Source of the DNA: Methanobacteriota archaeon
GTDB taxonomy: Archaea; JAADCQ01; Methanopyri; Methanopyrales; Methanopyraceae
Assembly: GCA_027064425.1 (NCBI GenBank)
Contig: JAMOPO010000027.1
Span: 128,001-192,000 of the forward strand
DNA: 64,000 bases
Reading direction: 5' to 3'
Each line of letters begins with the position of its first letter. Positions within the stretch are counted from its first letter, which is position 1. Below the pieces are notes generated by a model that was not told the origin of the DNA, ran no database searches, and saw only the letters and a program-made list of their open reading frames with translations. Positions 56,404 through 64,000 of this stretch are shown one piece after another. The position numbers were made by a program, and so were the translations under genes.

Positions 56404-57294
56404 ATGAAGATCAACGGGGTCGAGATCGAGGACACGTTCGCCGAGGCGTTCGAGGCCAAGATGGCTCGAATTCTGATCACCGCCGCGACCCACCGGTGGG
56501 CCAAGATCACGGCGCGGGAGACCGTGGGCTTCGGAACCTCCGTGATCATGTGCCCGGCGGAGGCGGGCGTCGACGTGGGGTACGTGAGGCCCGAAGAGAC
56601 CCCGGACGGGCGCCCCGGAGTCATCGTGATGATCGGCCACAACGATGAGGACGAGCTGAAGGAGCAGCTGCTGGACCGGATCGGTCAGTGCGTCATGACC
56701 GCCCCGACCGCGTCCGCCTTCGACGCGATGCCGGAGGACGAGAAGGAGGACGAGGATCGGGTAGGTTACAAGCTGAGCTTCTTCGGGGACGGTCACCAGG
56801 AGGAGGACGAGGTGGACGGTCGGAAGGTCTGGAGGGTGCCCATCGTGGAGGGTGAGTTCATCGTCGAGGACACGTTCGGCATCACGACGGGCGTCGCCGG
56901 CGGGAACTTCTACATCATGGCGGAGAGCCAGGCGGCCGGCCTGCAGGCGGCCGAGGCGGCCGTCGACGCGATCAAGCGCGTAGAGGGCGTGTACACGCCC
57001 TTCCCGGGCGGGATCGTAGCGTCCGCGTCCAAACCGGGGGCCAAGGAGTACGACTTCCTGCCGGCGTCCACGAACGACGCCTACTGCCCAACGGTGGAGG
57101 ACAACGAGCTGCCGGAGGGCGTCAAGTGCGTGTACGAGATAGTCATCAACGGGCTCAACGAGGAGGCCGTGAAGGAGGCGATGCGGGTGGGCATCGAGGC
57201 CGCCTGCCAGCAGCCGGGCGTCGTGAAGATCAGCGCCGGTAACTTCGGCGGGGAGCTGGGGCAGTACGAGCTACACCTGCACGACCTGTTCTAG
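56404..57294 (+). CDS. ftr: Formylmethanofuran:tetrahydromethanopterin formyltransferase
   Basis: MKINGVEIEDTFAEAF, TPDGRPG, RIGQCVMTAPT, GVAGGN, SAGNFGG; TTTAAG box upstream. Confidence 0.97.
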   Translation: MKINGVEIEDTFAEAFEAKMARILITAATHRWAKITARETVGFGTSVIMCPAEAGVDVGYVRPEETPDGRPGVIVMIGHNDEDELKEQLLDRIGQCVMTAPTASAFDAMPEDEKEDEDRVGYKLSFFGDGHQEEDEVDGRKVWRVPIVEGEFIVEDTFGITTGVAGGNFYIMAESQAAGLQAAEAAVDAIKRVEGVYTPFPGGIVASASKPGAKEYDFLPASTNDAYCPTVEDNELPEGVKCVYEIVINGLNEEAVKEAMRVGIEAACQQPGVVKISAGNFGGELGQYELHLHDLF

Positions 57295-57354
57295 GGTCAG
57301 CGAGGGTGACAGTCATCACCGGCAGGCCTCGGCACGGGCCTCTCTCTTCATCCC
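57294..57354 (-). ncRNA. Box C/D guide sRNA
   Basis: GGG-ATGAAGA-GAGAGGCCCGTG-CCGA-hairpin-GTGATGA-CTGTCACCCTCG-CTGA-CCC. Confidence 0.86.
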
Positions 57355-58478
57355 ACCGCATCCACCCTCGGTGGTTCCTCAGGTATATTACCCACCCGGC
57401 GCTCGTCCACCGCCAGCTCCGCGGCCCCGGTCACGCGCACCCGAACCACCGGGACCCCCAGGTCATCCCGCGTCAGGTCGGCCGCGATCACCCGACCCAA
57501 ACCGCTCTCCCGGACCCGGTCCACCAGCTCCTTGAGGAGTTTATCCAGCGAGCGCGTCGCGAGCTCGTTCTCCAGGTCGTCCAGCTCGACCTCACCCCCG
57601 CTCCGGAACCAGTGGCGGTTGATCCGCTTCAGCCGCTTCGGGGTCAGCTTACCACCCATCGGGCCAACGCGCCGCGCGCCCTCAAACCCCTCCCGGGCCA
57701 TGAACACCCCCTGCGCCACCTCAAGCAGGGCTCGCAGCGCCGCCATCTCCGGGTTCGGGCTGCACCCGAACCCGAGCACCATTTCTCGAACGGAGGGGGC
57801 CTCCGCCACCGCACCCACCGCGTAAACTCCCGGGACGCGGGACGGCAGCAACCGCAGGTGGATCTCGCCGCCCACGTCCTCACCGATCGCCAGTCGGAGC
57901 CGCTCCAACCGGCCGTGCAATCGCAGCTCGGGCGCGGGCTCCCGGTGGTACTCGAACACGCTCCAGGCGTCCCGCTCCAGGACCTCCAGCAGCCCCTGAA
58001 CGATCGCCTCCTCCCGCGTGCGGCCCGCGGCCAGCCCGTTCGTGTGCGAGGGCAGCTCATCCTCGGGCCAGGGATGCAGCACCTCGTTCGCCGGGATGTG
58101 CACCGTGCCCCCTTCCGTTAGGTCCTCCGCAGGCATCCAACCGCGCGGCTCGGTCCGGTACCACGGGGGAACCCAGACGTTTCCGGGCCCGGGGTCACGC
58201 AGGGCGTCGTGATGGTCGGGCTCCGCGGAGGCTCTCTCCACGGACTCCATGATCCCGGAGACGGCCGACTGTTCCTCCGTCGTGCCCTTCCCAGCGTGCA
58301 CCTGCCGGCCGGCGGAGGCGGGGCGGAGGTAGACCCGAACCGGCACTCCTCCCACCTCACCGCTCGCCGCCCGTTTCAGACCGAGCCGGTCGGGGATGGA
58401 GCGCTCCCGCAGCCATTCCAGCGTGGCCGCGGGCTCCTTGGTCCGGAACCCCTCCACCTCGTAGACTATTTCTCCCAT
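57348..58478 (-). CDS. ycaO: YcaO-family ATP-dependent enzyme (probable McrA glycine thioamidation)
   Basis: AGKG, SGIMESVER, TNGLAAG, GLLEVLERDA, RALLEVAQ, GVPVVRV. Confidence 0.88.
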   Translation of the reverse strand: MGEIVYEVEGFRTKEPAATLEWLRERSIPDRLGLKRAASGEVGGVPVRVYLRPASAGRQVHAGKGTTEEQSAVSGIMESVERASAEPDHHDALRDPGPGNVWVPPWYRTEPRGWMPAEDLTEGGTVHIPANEVLHPWPEDELPSHTNGLAAGRTREEAIVQGLLEVLERDAWSVFEYHREPAPELRLHGRLERLRLAIGEDVGGEIHLRLLPSRVPGVYAVGAVAEAPSVREMVLGFGCSPNPEMAALRALLEVAQGVFMAREGFEGARRVGPMGGKLTPKRLKRINRHWFRSGGEVELDDLENELATRSLDKLLKELVDRVRESGLGRVIAADLTRDDLGVPVVRVRVTGAAELAVDERRVGNIPEEPPRVDAVG

Positions 58479-58497
58479 CCCTCGTCACCCCCCGGGG

Positions 58498-59433
58498 ATG
58501 CGCATGCCGGACCGGGTGCTGGTATACGAGTACGCGGTGGCGGAGGGCGTGCGCGACCTGGTGGGCGAGGGAAAGGCGATGTTGGAGGCGCTACTGCTGG
58601 CGCTCCGGGAGGCAGGCGTCGAGACGGTCGCGGTCGCCGGCGAGGACGTGGGCGTGCGCTGGGCCGATCTAGTGGTGCGCCGGGAGTCGGAGGCGCTGGA
58701 GCTCGCGGACGCGGCGGTGGTGATAGCACCAGAGTCGGGCGGGGTGCTCCGAGATAAAATAAGGGACTTTAAACGCCGGCTCCGCGTGCTCGGTCCCTCT
58801 CCGGAGGCCGTGGAGGTGGCGGGGGACAAGCTCCAGACCCTGGAGGCGTTGGAGGGGGCCTCGTCGTTCCGGGTCCCCGCGCGGGGCGGCGAGGTCACCG
58901 TGGGGAAGCCCGCGGACGGGGTGGGCGCTGAGGGCGTGCGCGTCGGTGAAGGGGAGCTGGAGGTGGAGTTCGTACCGGGGTCGCACCACAGCCTCCTCTG
59001 CGTGACCGACGGGGAGTCGGTCGAGGTCGTGGGGGTCAACGACCAGTTCATCGCCCTCGCCGGAGAGGAGTTTGTGTACCTGGGGGGTAGGACGCCTTCG
59101 AGGTCGAGGAAGGTGCGAGAGGTTGCCCTGGACGTGGCCGAGGAGGTGGTGGAGCGCATCAGCGGCCTGTCGGGCATGTTCGGGGTTGACCTCGTCCTGA
59201 GCGGGGACGTGCCTTACGTCATCGAGGTGAACCCTCGGCCGACGACCCCCGTGGTCGGCGCCGCCATGGAGGATCCGGAGAGGCTGGCGGAGGCGCTGCT
59301 GGAGGGCCCGTCCCACGGGACCTGGTCTTACTCGAACGAGTACGTGTTCGTGAAAGTAGGTGCGGAGGCTCTGGTGCCGAACGGGTTCAGTAGGGTGGAA
59401 AGGCTGGGTGACATTCTAGTCTACCGGGGGTAG
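58498..59433 (+). CDS. mfnD: ATP-grasp ligase, tyramine-glutamate ligase-like (methanofuran biosynthesis)
   Basis: YEYA, EGKAML, IAPE, DK, KPADG, GVDLV, IEVNPRPTT. Confidence 0.75.
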   Translation: MRMPDRVLVYEYAVAEGVRDLVGEGKAMLEALLLALREAGVETVAVAGEDVGVRWADLVVRRESEALELADAAVVIAPESGGVLRDKIRDFKRRLRVLGPSPEAVEVAGDKLQTLEALEGASSFRVPARGGEVTVGKPADGVGAEGVRVGEGELEVEFVPGSHHSLLCVTDGESVEVVGVNDQFIALAGEEFVYLGGRTPSRSRKVREVALDVAEEVVERISGLSGMFGVDLVLSGDVPYVIEVNPRPTTPVVGAAMEDPERLAEALLEGPSHGTWSYSNEYVFVKVGAEALVPNGFSRVERLGDILVYRG

Positions 59434-59438
59434 GCGTC

Positions 59439-60449
59439 CTGCGCGTGCTCGGGCTGGACGTCGGTGGTGCTCACACCGACGTGGCGCTGGTGAGGGTGGA
59501 GGGGAGCGAGCTGGAGGTGGTGATGACCAAGCGGAAGTACATCCCGCTGTGGAAGCGTCGGGGCAGGAGGCGCCTGCAGCGGTTCGTGAGGCGTGTGCTC
59601 TTCCGGTCCCGCCCGGAGCTTGTCGGGCTCACGATGTCCGGAGAGCTGGCGGACGCCTTTGAGACGCGGCGGGAGGGCGTGGAGTACATCGTGAGGACCG
59701 TGACGTCCGCCTCCCGCGCGCCGGTGCGCGTGGTGACGGCGTCGGGGGACACGATCGAGCCTGGGGAGTGCTCGGAGGCCTGGCGGGAGGTGGCCTCGGC
59801 CAACTGGCGGGCCACGGCGGAGCTGCTGGCCGAGCTGTACCCGGGCTCCTATCTGTTCTCGGACCTGGGTTCGACCACGCTTGACCTGATCCCGATCGTG
59901 GACGGGGAGGTGCGGGCCAAGGGCCGGACGGACCTGGAGCGGTTGAAGTCGGGCGAGCTCGTGTACCTCGGGGCCCTGCGGACGCCGATCGGGTTCCTGC
60001 TGAGGGAGGTCGAGATCAACGGGACCCTGGTGCCGGTGTCCTACGAGAACTTCTCGATCATCGCGGACGCGCTGGTGCTGCTGGAGCAGATCTCCGAGGA
60101 GGACTACACGCCGGAGACTCCGGACGGTCGGGGTAAGTCGCCCGAGGACTGCGCCCGGAGGCTGGCGCGGGTCGTCTGCTCGGACCCGGAGGAGCTGGGG
60201 TGGGAGGGCGTGCTGGAGGTGGCCCGGGCGGCCTACAGGGTGCTGATGGGGAGGCTGCTCAAGCACCTCAAGCTCAAGCTCCGGGAGTACGATCTGAAGA
60301 AGGTCGTGGCGGCGGGGGCCGGGGAGTTCCTGCTGGAGTCGGCCTGCGACCGGCTGGGCGTGGAGTTCGAGTCCTTCGACGACGTGTTCGGGAGCGGATC
60401 CGAGGTGGCACCGGCCGTGGGGGCCGCGTACCTGGCCTACCGATCCTGA
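59439..60449 (+). CDS. mfnF: Hydantoinase A-like MfnF (methanofuran biosynthesis)
   Basis: GLDVGGA, TMSGELAD, SANW, DLGSTTLD, RTP, TPDGRGK; probable CTG start at 59439. Confidence 0.8.
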   Translation: MRVLGLDVGGAHTDVALVRVEGSELEVVMTKRKYIPLWKRRGRRRLQRFVRRVLFRSRPELVGLTMSGELADAFETRREGVEYIVRTVTSASRAPVRVVTASGDTIEPGECSEAWREVASANWRATAELLAELYPGSYLFSDLGSTTLDLIPIVDGEVRAKGRTDLERLKSGELVYLGALRTPIGFLLREVEINGTLVPVSYENFSIIADALVLLEQISEEDYTPETPDGRGKSPEDCARRLARVVCSDPEELGWEGVLEVARAAYRVLMGRLLKHLKLKLREYDLKKVVAAGAGEFLLESACDRLGVEFESFDDVFGSGSEVAPAVGAAYLAYRS

Positions 60450-60946
60450 CCCGGGCTCCAGGTGGGGAGCTCCTTCCGCGCGAGCTTCAGGTACCGCCGG
60501 GCGTTGTCCCGGATCTCCTCCAACCGGTCCTCGTCGACCTCGCCGATCTTCTTGGCGGGGACGCCGGCCCAGATCTCGCGCGGGCCCACCTCGGTCCCCT
60601 CGGTGACGACGGCACCGGCGCCCACGATGGAGCCCTCCCGGACGACCGCGCCGTTCATTACCGTGGCGTTCATGCCGATGAGGCAGTCGTCCTCGATCCG
60701 GGCCCCGTGGATGACGGCCCCGTGCCCGATGCTCACCCGGCGCCCGATCTCCACCGGGTGCCCTCGCGAGACGTGGATCACGACGTTGTCCTGCACGTTC
60801 GACTCGTCCCCGATCGTCACGGGCTCGAGGTCCCCGCGCACGACCGCGCCCGGCCAGACGCTGACATCGCGCCCCAGCTCGACCTCACCGAGGATCGTGG
60901 CGGTGGGGTGCACGTAGGCGCGCCCCACGATCTTAACGCCCCTCAA
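60437..60946 (-). CDS. Gamma-class carbonic anhydrase family (hexapeptide repeat) protein
   Basis: VVRGD, NVQDNVVIH, IGHGAVIHG, GVPAK. Confidence 0.9.
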   Translation of the reverse strand: MRGVKIVGRAYVHPTATILGEVELGRDVSVWPGAVVRGDLEPVTIGDESNVQDNVVIHVSRGHPVEIGRRVSIGHGAVIHGARIEDDCLIGMNATVMNGAVVREGSIVGAGAVVTEGTEVGPREIWAGVPAKKIGEVDEDRLEEIRDNARRYLKLARKELPTWSPGQDR

Positions 60947-60974
60947 TCACGGTCCCCCACAGGGTGCGTGCGCC

Positions 60975-63080
60975 TTGGAGCTGCCTGAGCACGTGGGACG
61001 GTACCTAGAGTGGCGCGGGATCAAGGAGCTCTTCCCACCCCAGCGGGAGGCGATCGAGCGGGGGCTCTTCGAGGGTAAGAACCTGGTGGTCGCCGCGCCC
61101 ACGGCCAGCGGGAAGACGCTCATCGCCGAGATGAGAGTCCTGCACGAGCTGGCCTCCCACGGCTGGCGGCGGCGCGTGGTTTACGTCGTGCCCTATCGCG
61201 CGCTGGCCCGGGAGAAGTACCGGGACTTCGAGCGGGTGGCCCAGTTCTGCGAGGAGGAGCTCGGGGAGGAGGTGAACGTCGAGCTCCGGACGGGTGACGT
61301 GAGGCGACCGATCCGGGAGCTGGAGCCGGGCGTGGTGGTGACCACGGCCGAGAAGCTGGACGCGAGCCTGCGGTCCCGGCCGGACCTCGTCGACGCCATC
61401 GACCTGCTGGTGATGGACGAGGTGCACATGGTGGGAGAGGGGGAGCGCGGGCCCACGTACGAGGGGCTCATCGCCCTGGTGCGCACGTTCCGACCGGACG
61501 CGTCCGTGCTGGCGCTCTCGGCCACGGTGGGTAACGCCCGCGAGCTGGGGCGGTGGCTGGACGCAGAGGTGGTGGAGAGCGATTGGAGGCCGGTGGAGCT
61601 GAGGTACAGGGTGGAGGAGGTGGACCAGTCGGAGGCGGACATCAGGGTGGAGGAGGTGGTCAGGAAGTGCCTGGAGGAGGACGGTCAGGCGCTGGTGTTC
61701 CTGTACTCGCGCCGGCGGGCGATGACCGAGGCCCAGCGGCTGGCCGGGATCGTGCGAGAACATCTGTCCAGGGAGGAGCGAGAGGAGCTGCAGGAGCTGG
61801 CTGAGCGGGTGGAAGAGGAGGGCGAGGGTGACGAGACGAAGGTCCTCGCCTGGGCCGTGCGGCGCGGGGCGGCGTTCCACCACGCCGGGTTGGCCCCGGG
61901 CCAGCGGGAGCTCGTGGAGGACGCGTTCCGGGAGGGGTTGATCAAGGTCGTGACCTGCACGCCGACGCTGGCGGCGGGGGTCAACCTCCCGGCCCGCTAC
62001 GTCCTGATCCGAGACTTCGGGACCCGGATCGGGGGCGAGTTCAAGCCCTCTAAGAACGAGTTCAAGCAGATGGCGGGCAGGGCCGGTCGACCGGACTACG
62101 ACGAGATCGGATACGTGTACGTTTTCGTGAACCCGAGGCTGCGGGACGTGGTGGAGGAGTACATCCAGTCCGAGGCCGAGCCGGTGCGGAGCAAGATTTG
62201 GTCCACGGGCCCGCGGCTCCGGCGCTTCCTCCTGGGACTGGTGGCGGCCGGATTCTGCGAGGACCTTTCGAGCGTGCTGGAGGTGGCGCTCAACACGTTC
62301 GTGGAGTCCGTGGAGGGAATCAGGCCGGAGGAACGCGTGGCGGAGTCGCTGGAAATGCTGCAGGACTGGGACTTCCTGAAGGAGCTCAGCGGCCGACTGC
62401 GGGTGACGACGGTGGGCAAGGCGGTGGCCGAGACCTACCTGACCCCGGACTCGGCCCGGTTCCTGCTGGAGGCGATGGAGGAGGTGGGGACGGAGGAGTC
62501 CGTCGTGCTGCCCATGATCACGCTGTCTCTGGACTTCACTCCAAGCTCGATCTCTCGGCGGGAGAGGTCGGGCACGCTCGACGAGTTCATGGGAACGTCG
62601 GGGCCGGAGCTGTCCTACGACGAGGTCGTGGAGCTGGCGGTGGACTGGTTCGGCTACGATGACTGGGAGGTGGAGCGTCGGCTGGCGTGGGCGGAGGTGC
62701 TCCGGGACTGGATCTCCGGGGTCCCCGAGCGGGCGATCCTGCGTCGATACGACATCTACCCGGGTGACCTTTACCGGGCGCGGGAGGACGCCGCGTGGAT
62801 CGCCTGGGGAATGTCCCGGCTGGCATCGGCGGCCGGAATCCGATGGCGGTCCCCGCTGCTCAGCCGGCGGATCGAGGTGGGCGTGCCCGAGGAGGTGGTG
62901 GAGCTGACGGAGGTCGAGGGGGTGGGTCGGACGCTGGCGATGCGGCTCTACGAGGCCGGGTTCAGGTCCGTGGAGGACCTGGCGAACGCGAGCCCCTCGG
63001 AGCTCATGCGGGTGCGAGGCATCGGCGAGAAGCTCGCCCGGAAAATCCGGGAGAGTGCCCGGGAGCTTATAGGAACCTGA
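60975..63080 (+). CDS. hel308: Ski2-like DNA helicase Hel308
   Basis: PTASGKT, DEVH, LSAT, FHHAGL, TLAAGVNLPA, QMAGRAGR, C-terminal HhH. Confidence 0.9.
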   Translation: MELPEHVGRYLEWRGIKELFPPQREAIERGLFEGKNLVVAAPTASGKTLIAEMRVLHELASHGWRRRVVYVVPYRALAREKYRDFERVAQFCEEELGEEVNVELRTGDVRRPIRELEPGVVVTTAEKLDASLRSRPDLVDAIDLLVMDEVHMVGEGERGPTYEGLIALVRTFRPDASVLALSATVGNARELGRWLDAEVVESDWRPVELRYRVEEVDQSEADIRVEEVVRKCLEEDGQALVFLYSRRRAMTEAQRLAGIVREHLSREEREELQELAERVEEEGEGDETKVLAWAVRRGAAFHHAGLAPGQRELVEDAFREGLIKVVTCTPTLAAGVNLPARYVLIRDFGTRIGGEFKPSKNEFKQMAGRAGRPDYDEIGYVYVFVNPRLRDVVEEYIQSEAEPVRSKIWSTGPRLRRFLLGLVAAGFCEDLSSVLEVALNTFVESVEGIRPEERVAESLEMLQDWDFLKELSGRLRVTTVGKAVAETYLTPDSARFLLEAMEEVGTEESVVLPMITLSLDFTPSSISRRERSGTLDEFMGTSGPELSYDEVVELAVDWFGYDDWEVERRLAWAEVLRDWISGVPERAILRRYDIYPGDLYRAREDAAWIAWGMSRLASAAGIRWRSPLLSRRIEVGVPEEVVELTEVEGVGRTLAMRLYEAGFRSVEDLANASPSELMRVRGIGEKLARKIRESARELIGT

Positions 63081-63795
63081 ACTCTCGGCCCCACTCCCGG
63101 CTGATCTTCCGCTCCCACCGGGCGACGTCCACGGACGTTATCGGGAACACGCTGTCTCCCCGCCTGGGCATCTCCATCAGCTCCTGAGCCAGTGACTTGG
63201 AGATCGGCCGGCGCCGGCCGCGCACGGTGATTTGGCATCGGACCGGGTCGACGTGGTCCCAGCGCAGCTCCAGCACGTCGATGTAGTCGGAAAGAGTCTC
63301 GAAGCAGGTTACCACGAACGGTTTGAGGTACCTCTCATCGTACTTCCTGCTTAAGTCTTCGAGAAGTAGGAACAGCTCTGTTAAGCGTAGGTCCAGCTCG
63401 AGCGACGCCTCATTGGTCCCGTCGATCTCGAACGGGAGGCTGACGTCCTGCAGGACCTGGAGGAGGCCTTCCCCGCGCGCCATCAGCTCCGCCTCGACCT
63501 CGACCTCCGGGATCACGTCCTTCACGGGTGCATCCGCGGGCAGGCGCTCGGTGAGGTATTGGACGATCTCTTCGAGCAGCGCCCGCCCAACGCGCTCTCT
63601 GGCGCGGACGTGGGTGATGGACTCGACCACCCAGAGCGGGTCCGGACTGATCTCTCTGATGTGGTCGTTCGCGAACTTGCTGGAGATGACTTTCAGGCTG
63701 AGCAGGGTGGCGTACGTTAAGGTGGATGTCGGTTTTAGGACGAGCCGTTTCCGGGTCAGGTAGCGGACGTAGCCGTCGACGAGGGAGGCGATCAT
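63067..63795 (-). CDS. Hypothetical protein
   Basis: ATGA overlap with the aspartate kinase stop; fills the gap to hel308. Confidence 0.65.
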   Translation of the reverse strand: MIASLVDGYVRYLTRKRLVLKPTSTLTYATLLSLKVISSKFANDHIREISPDPLWVVESITHVRARERVGRALLEEIVQYLTERLPADAPVKDVIPEVEVEAELMARGEGLLQVLQDVSLPFEIDGTNEASLELDLRLTELFLLLEDLSRKYDERYLKPFVVTCFETLSDYIDVLELRWDHVDPVRCQITVRGRRRPISKSLAQELMEMPRRGDSVFPITSVDVARWERKISREWGREFRFL

Positions 63796-64000
63796 GACCC
63801 TTCACCGAGGTTGAACTCCGAGTGGATGGCGTTGACGGCCTTCGCCTCGTCCTCCTCGGAGACCACGAACGAGATGTTCACCTCGGAGGCTCCCTGCGAG
63901 ATCGTTCTCACGTTCACGCCCTCCCGGGCCACGGCGCTGAACACGCGGGAGGCGACGCCGGGCGTGCCGCGCATGCCCTCCCCCACCACGGCCACGACGG
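63792..64000 (-). CDS. lysC: Aspartate kinase, C-terminal ACT domain (partial)
   Basis: VAVVGEGMRGTPGVASRVF...ISQGASEVNISFVV...AIHSEF. Confidence 0.9.
   Translation of the reverse strand, partial: VVAVVGEGMRGTPGVASRVFSAVAREGVNVRTISQGASEVNISFVVSEEDEAKAVNAIHSEFNLGEGS

Noticed and set aside
1-64000. Transposases, intact integrases, proviruses, inteins, tRNA introns
   Set aside because: None recognised; Hel308, GlyS, GlmS and TmcA are of normal length and the tRNA is uninterrupted

Overview
GC-rich, gene-dense archaeal chromosome segment with very acidic proteins and no mobile elements. The gene content (Ftr, VhuG/A/U, SelB, TfrB, GatE, Cbf5, YcaO, MfnD/F, MreB, a sortase) points to a selenocysteine-using, pseudomurein-walled methanogen of the Methanopyrus lineage. 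Ftr resembles the M. kandleri enzyme as I recall it but does not look identical. There are about 65 mostly housekeeping CDSs and one tRNA-Gln(UUG). Features not in the ORF track: (i) the selenoprotein VhuU, with an in-frame UGA and a GAA/A SECIS hairpin; (ii) six box C/D guide sRNA candidates in intergenic gaps, one complementary to the tRNA in this window; (iii) a 41-aa sORF with its own promoter; (iv) a frameshifted cbiQ in an ECF operon with non-standard starts; (v) repeated signs of CTG/ATT/ATA/TTA initiation. The most system-like locus is 11.7-19.3 kb: an Era-like GTPase/OapB/OapC/unknown/MreB operon is head-to-head with a PmtA-like methyltransferase, psd, pssA, a DUF515-like protein, a Gly/Ala-rich protein ending in a variant sorting signal (KYRTG), and a sortase. 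Family assignments come from motif recognition only; no database searches were run.
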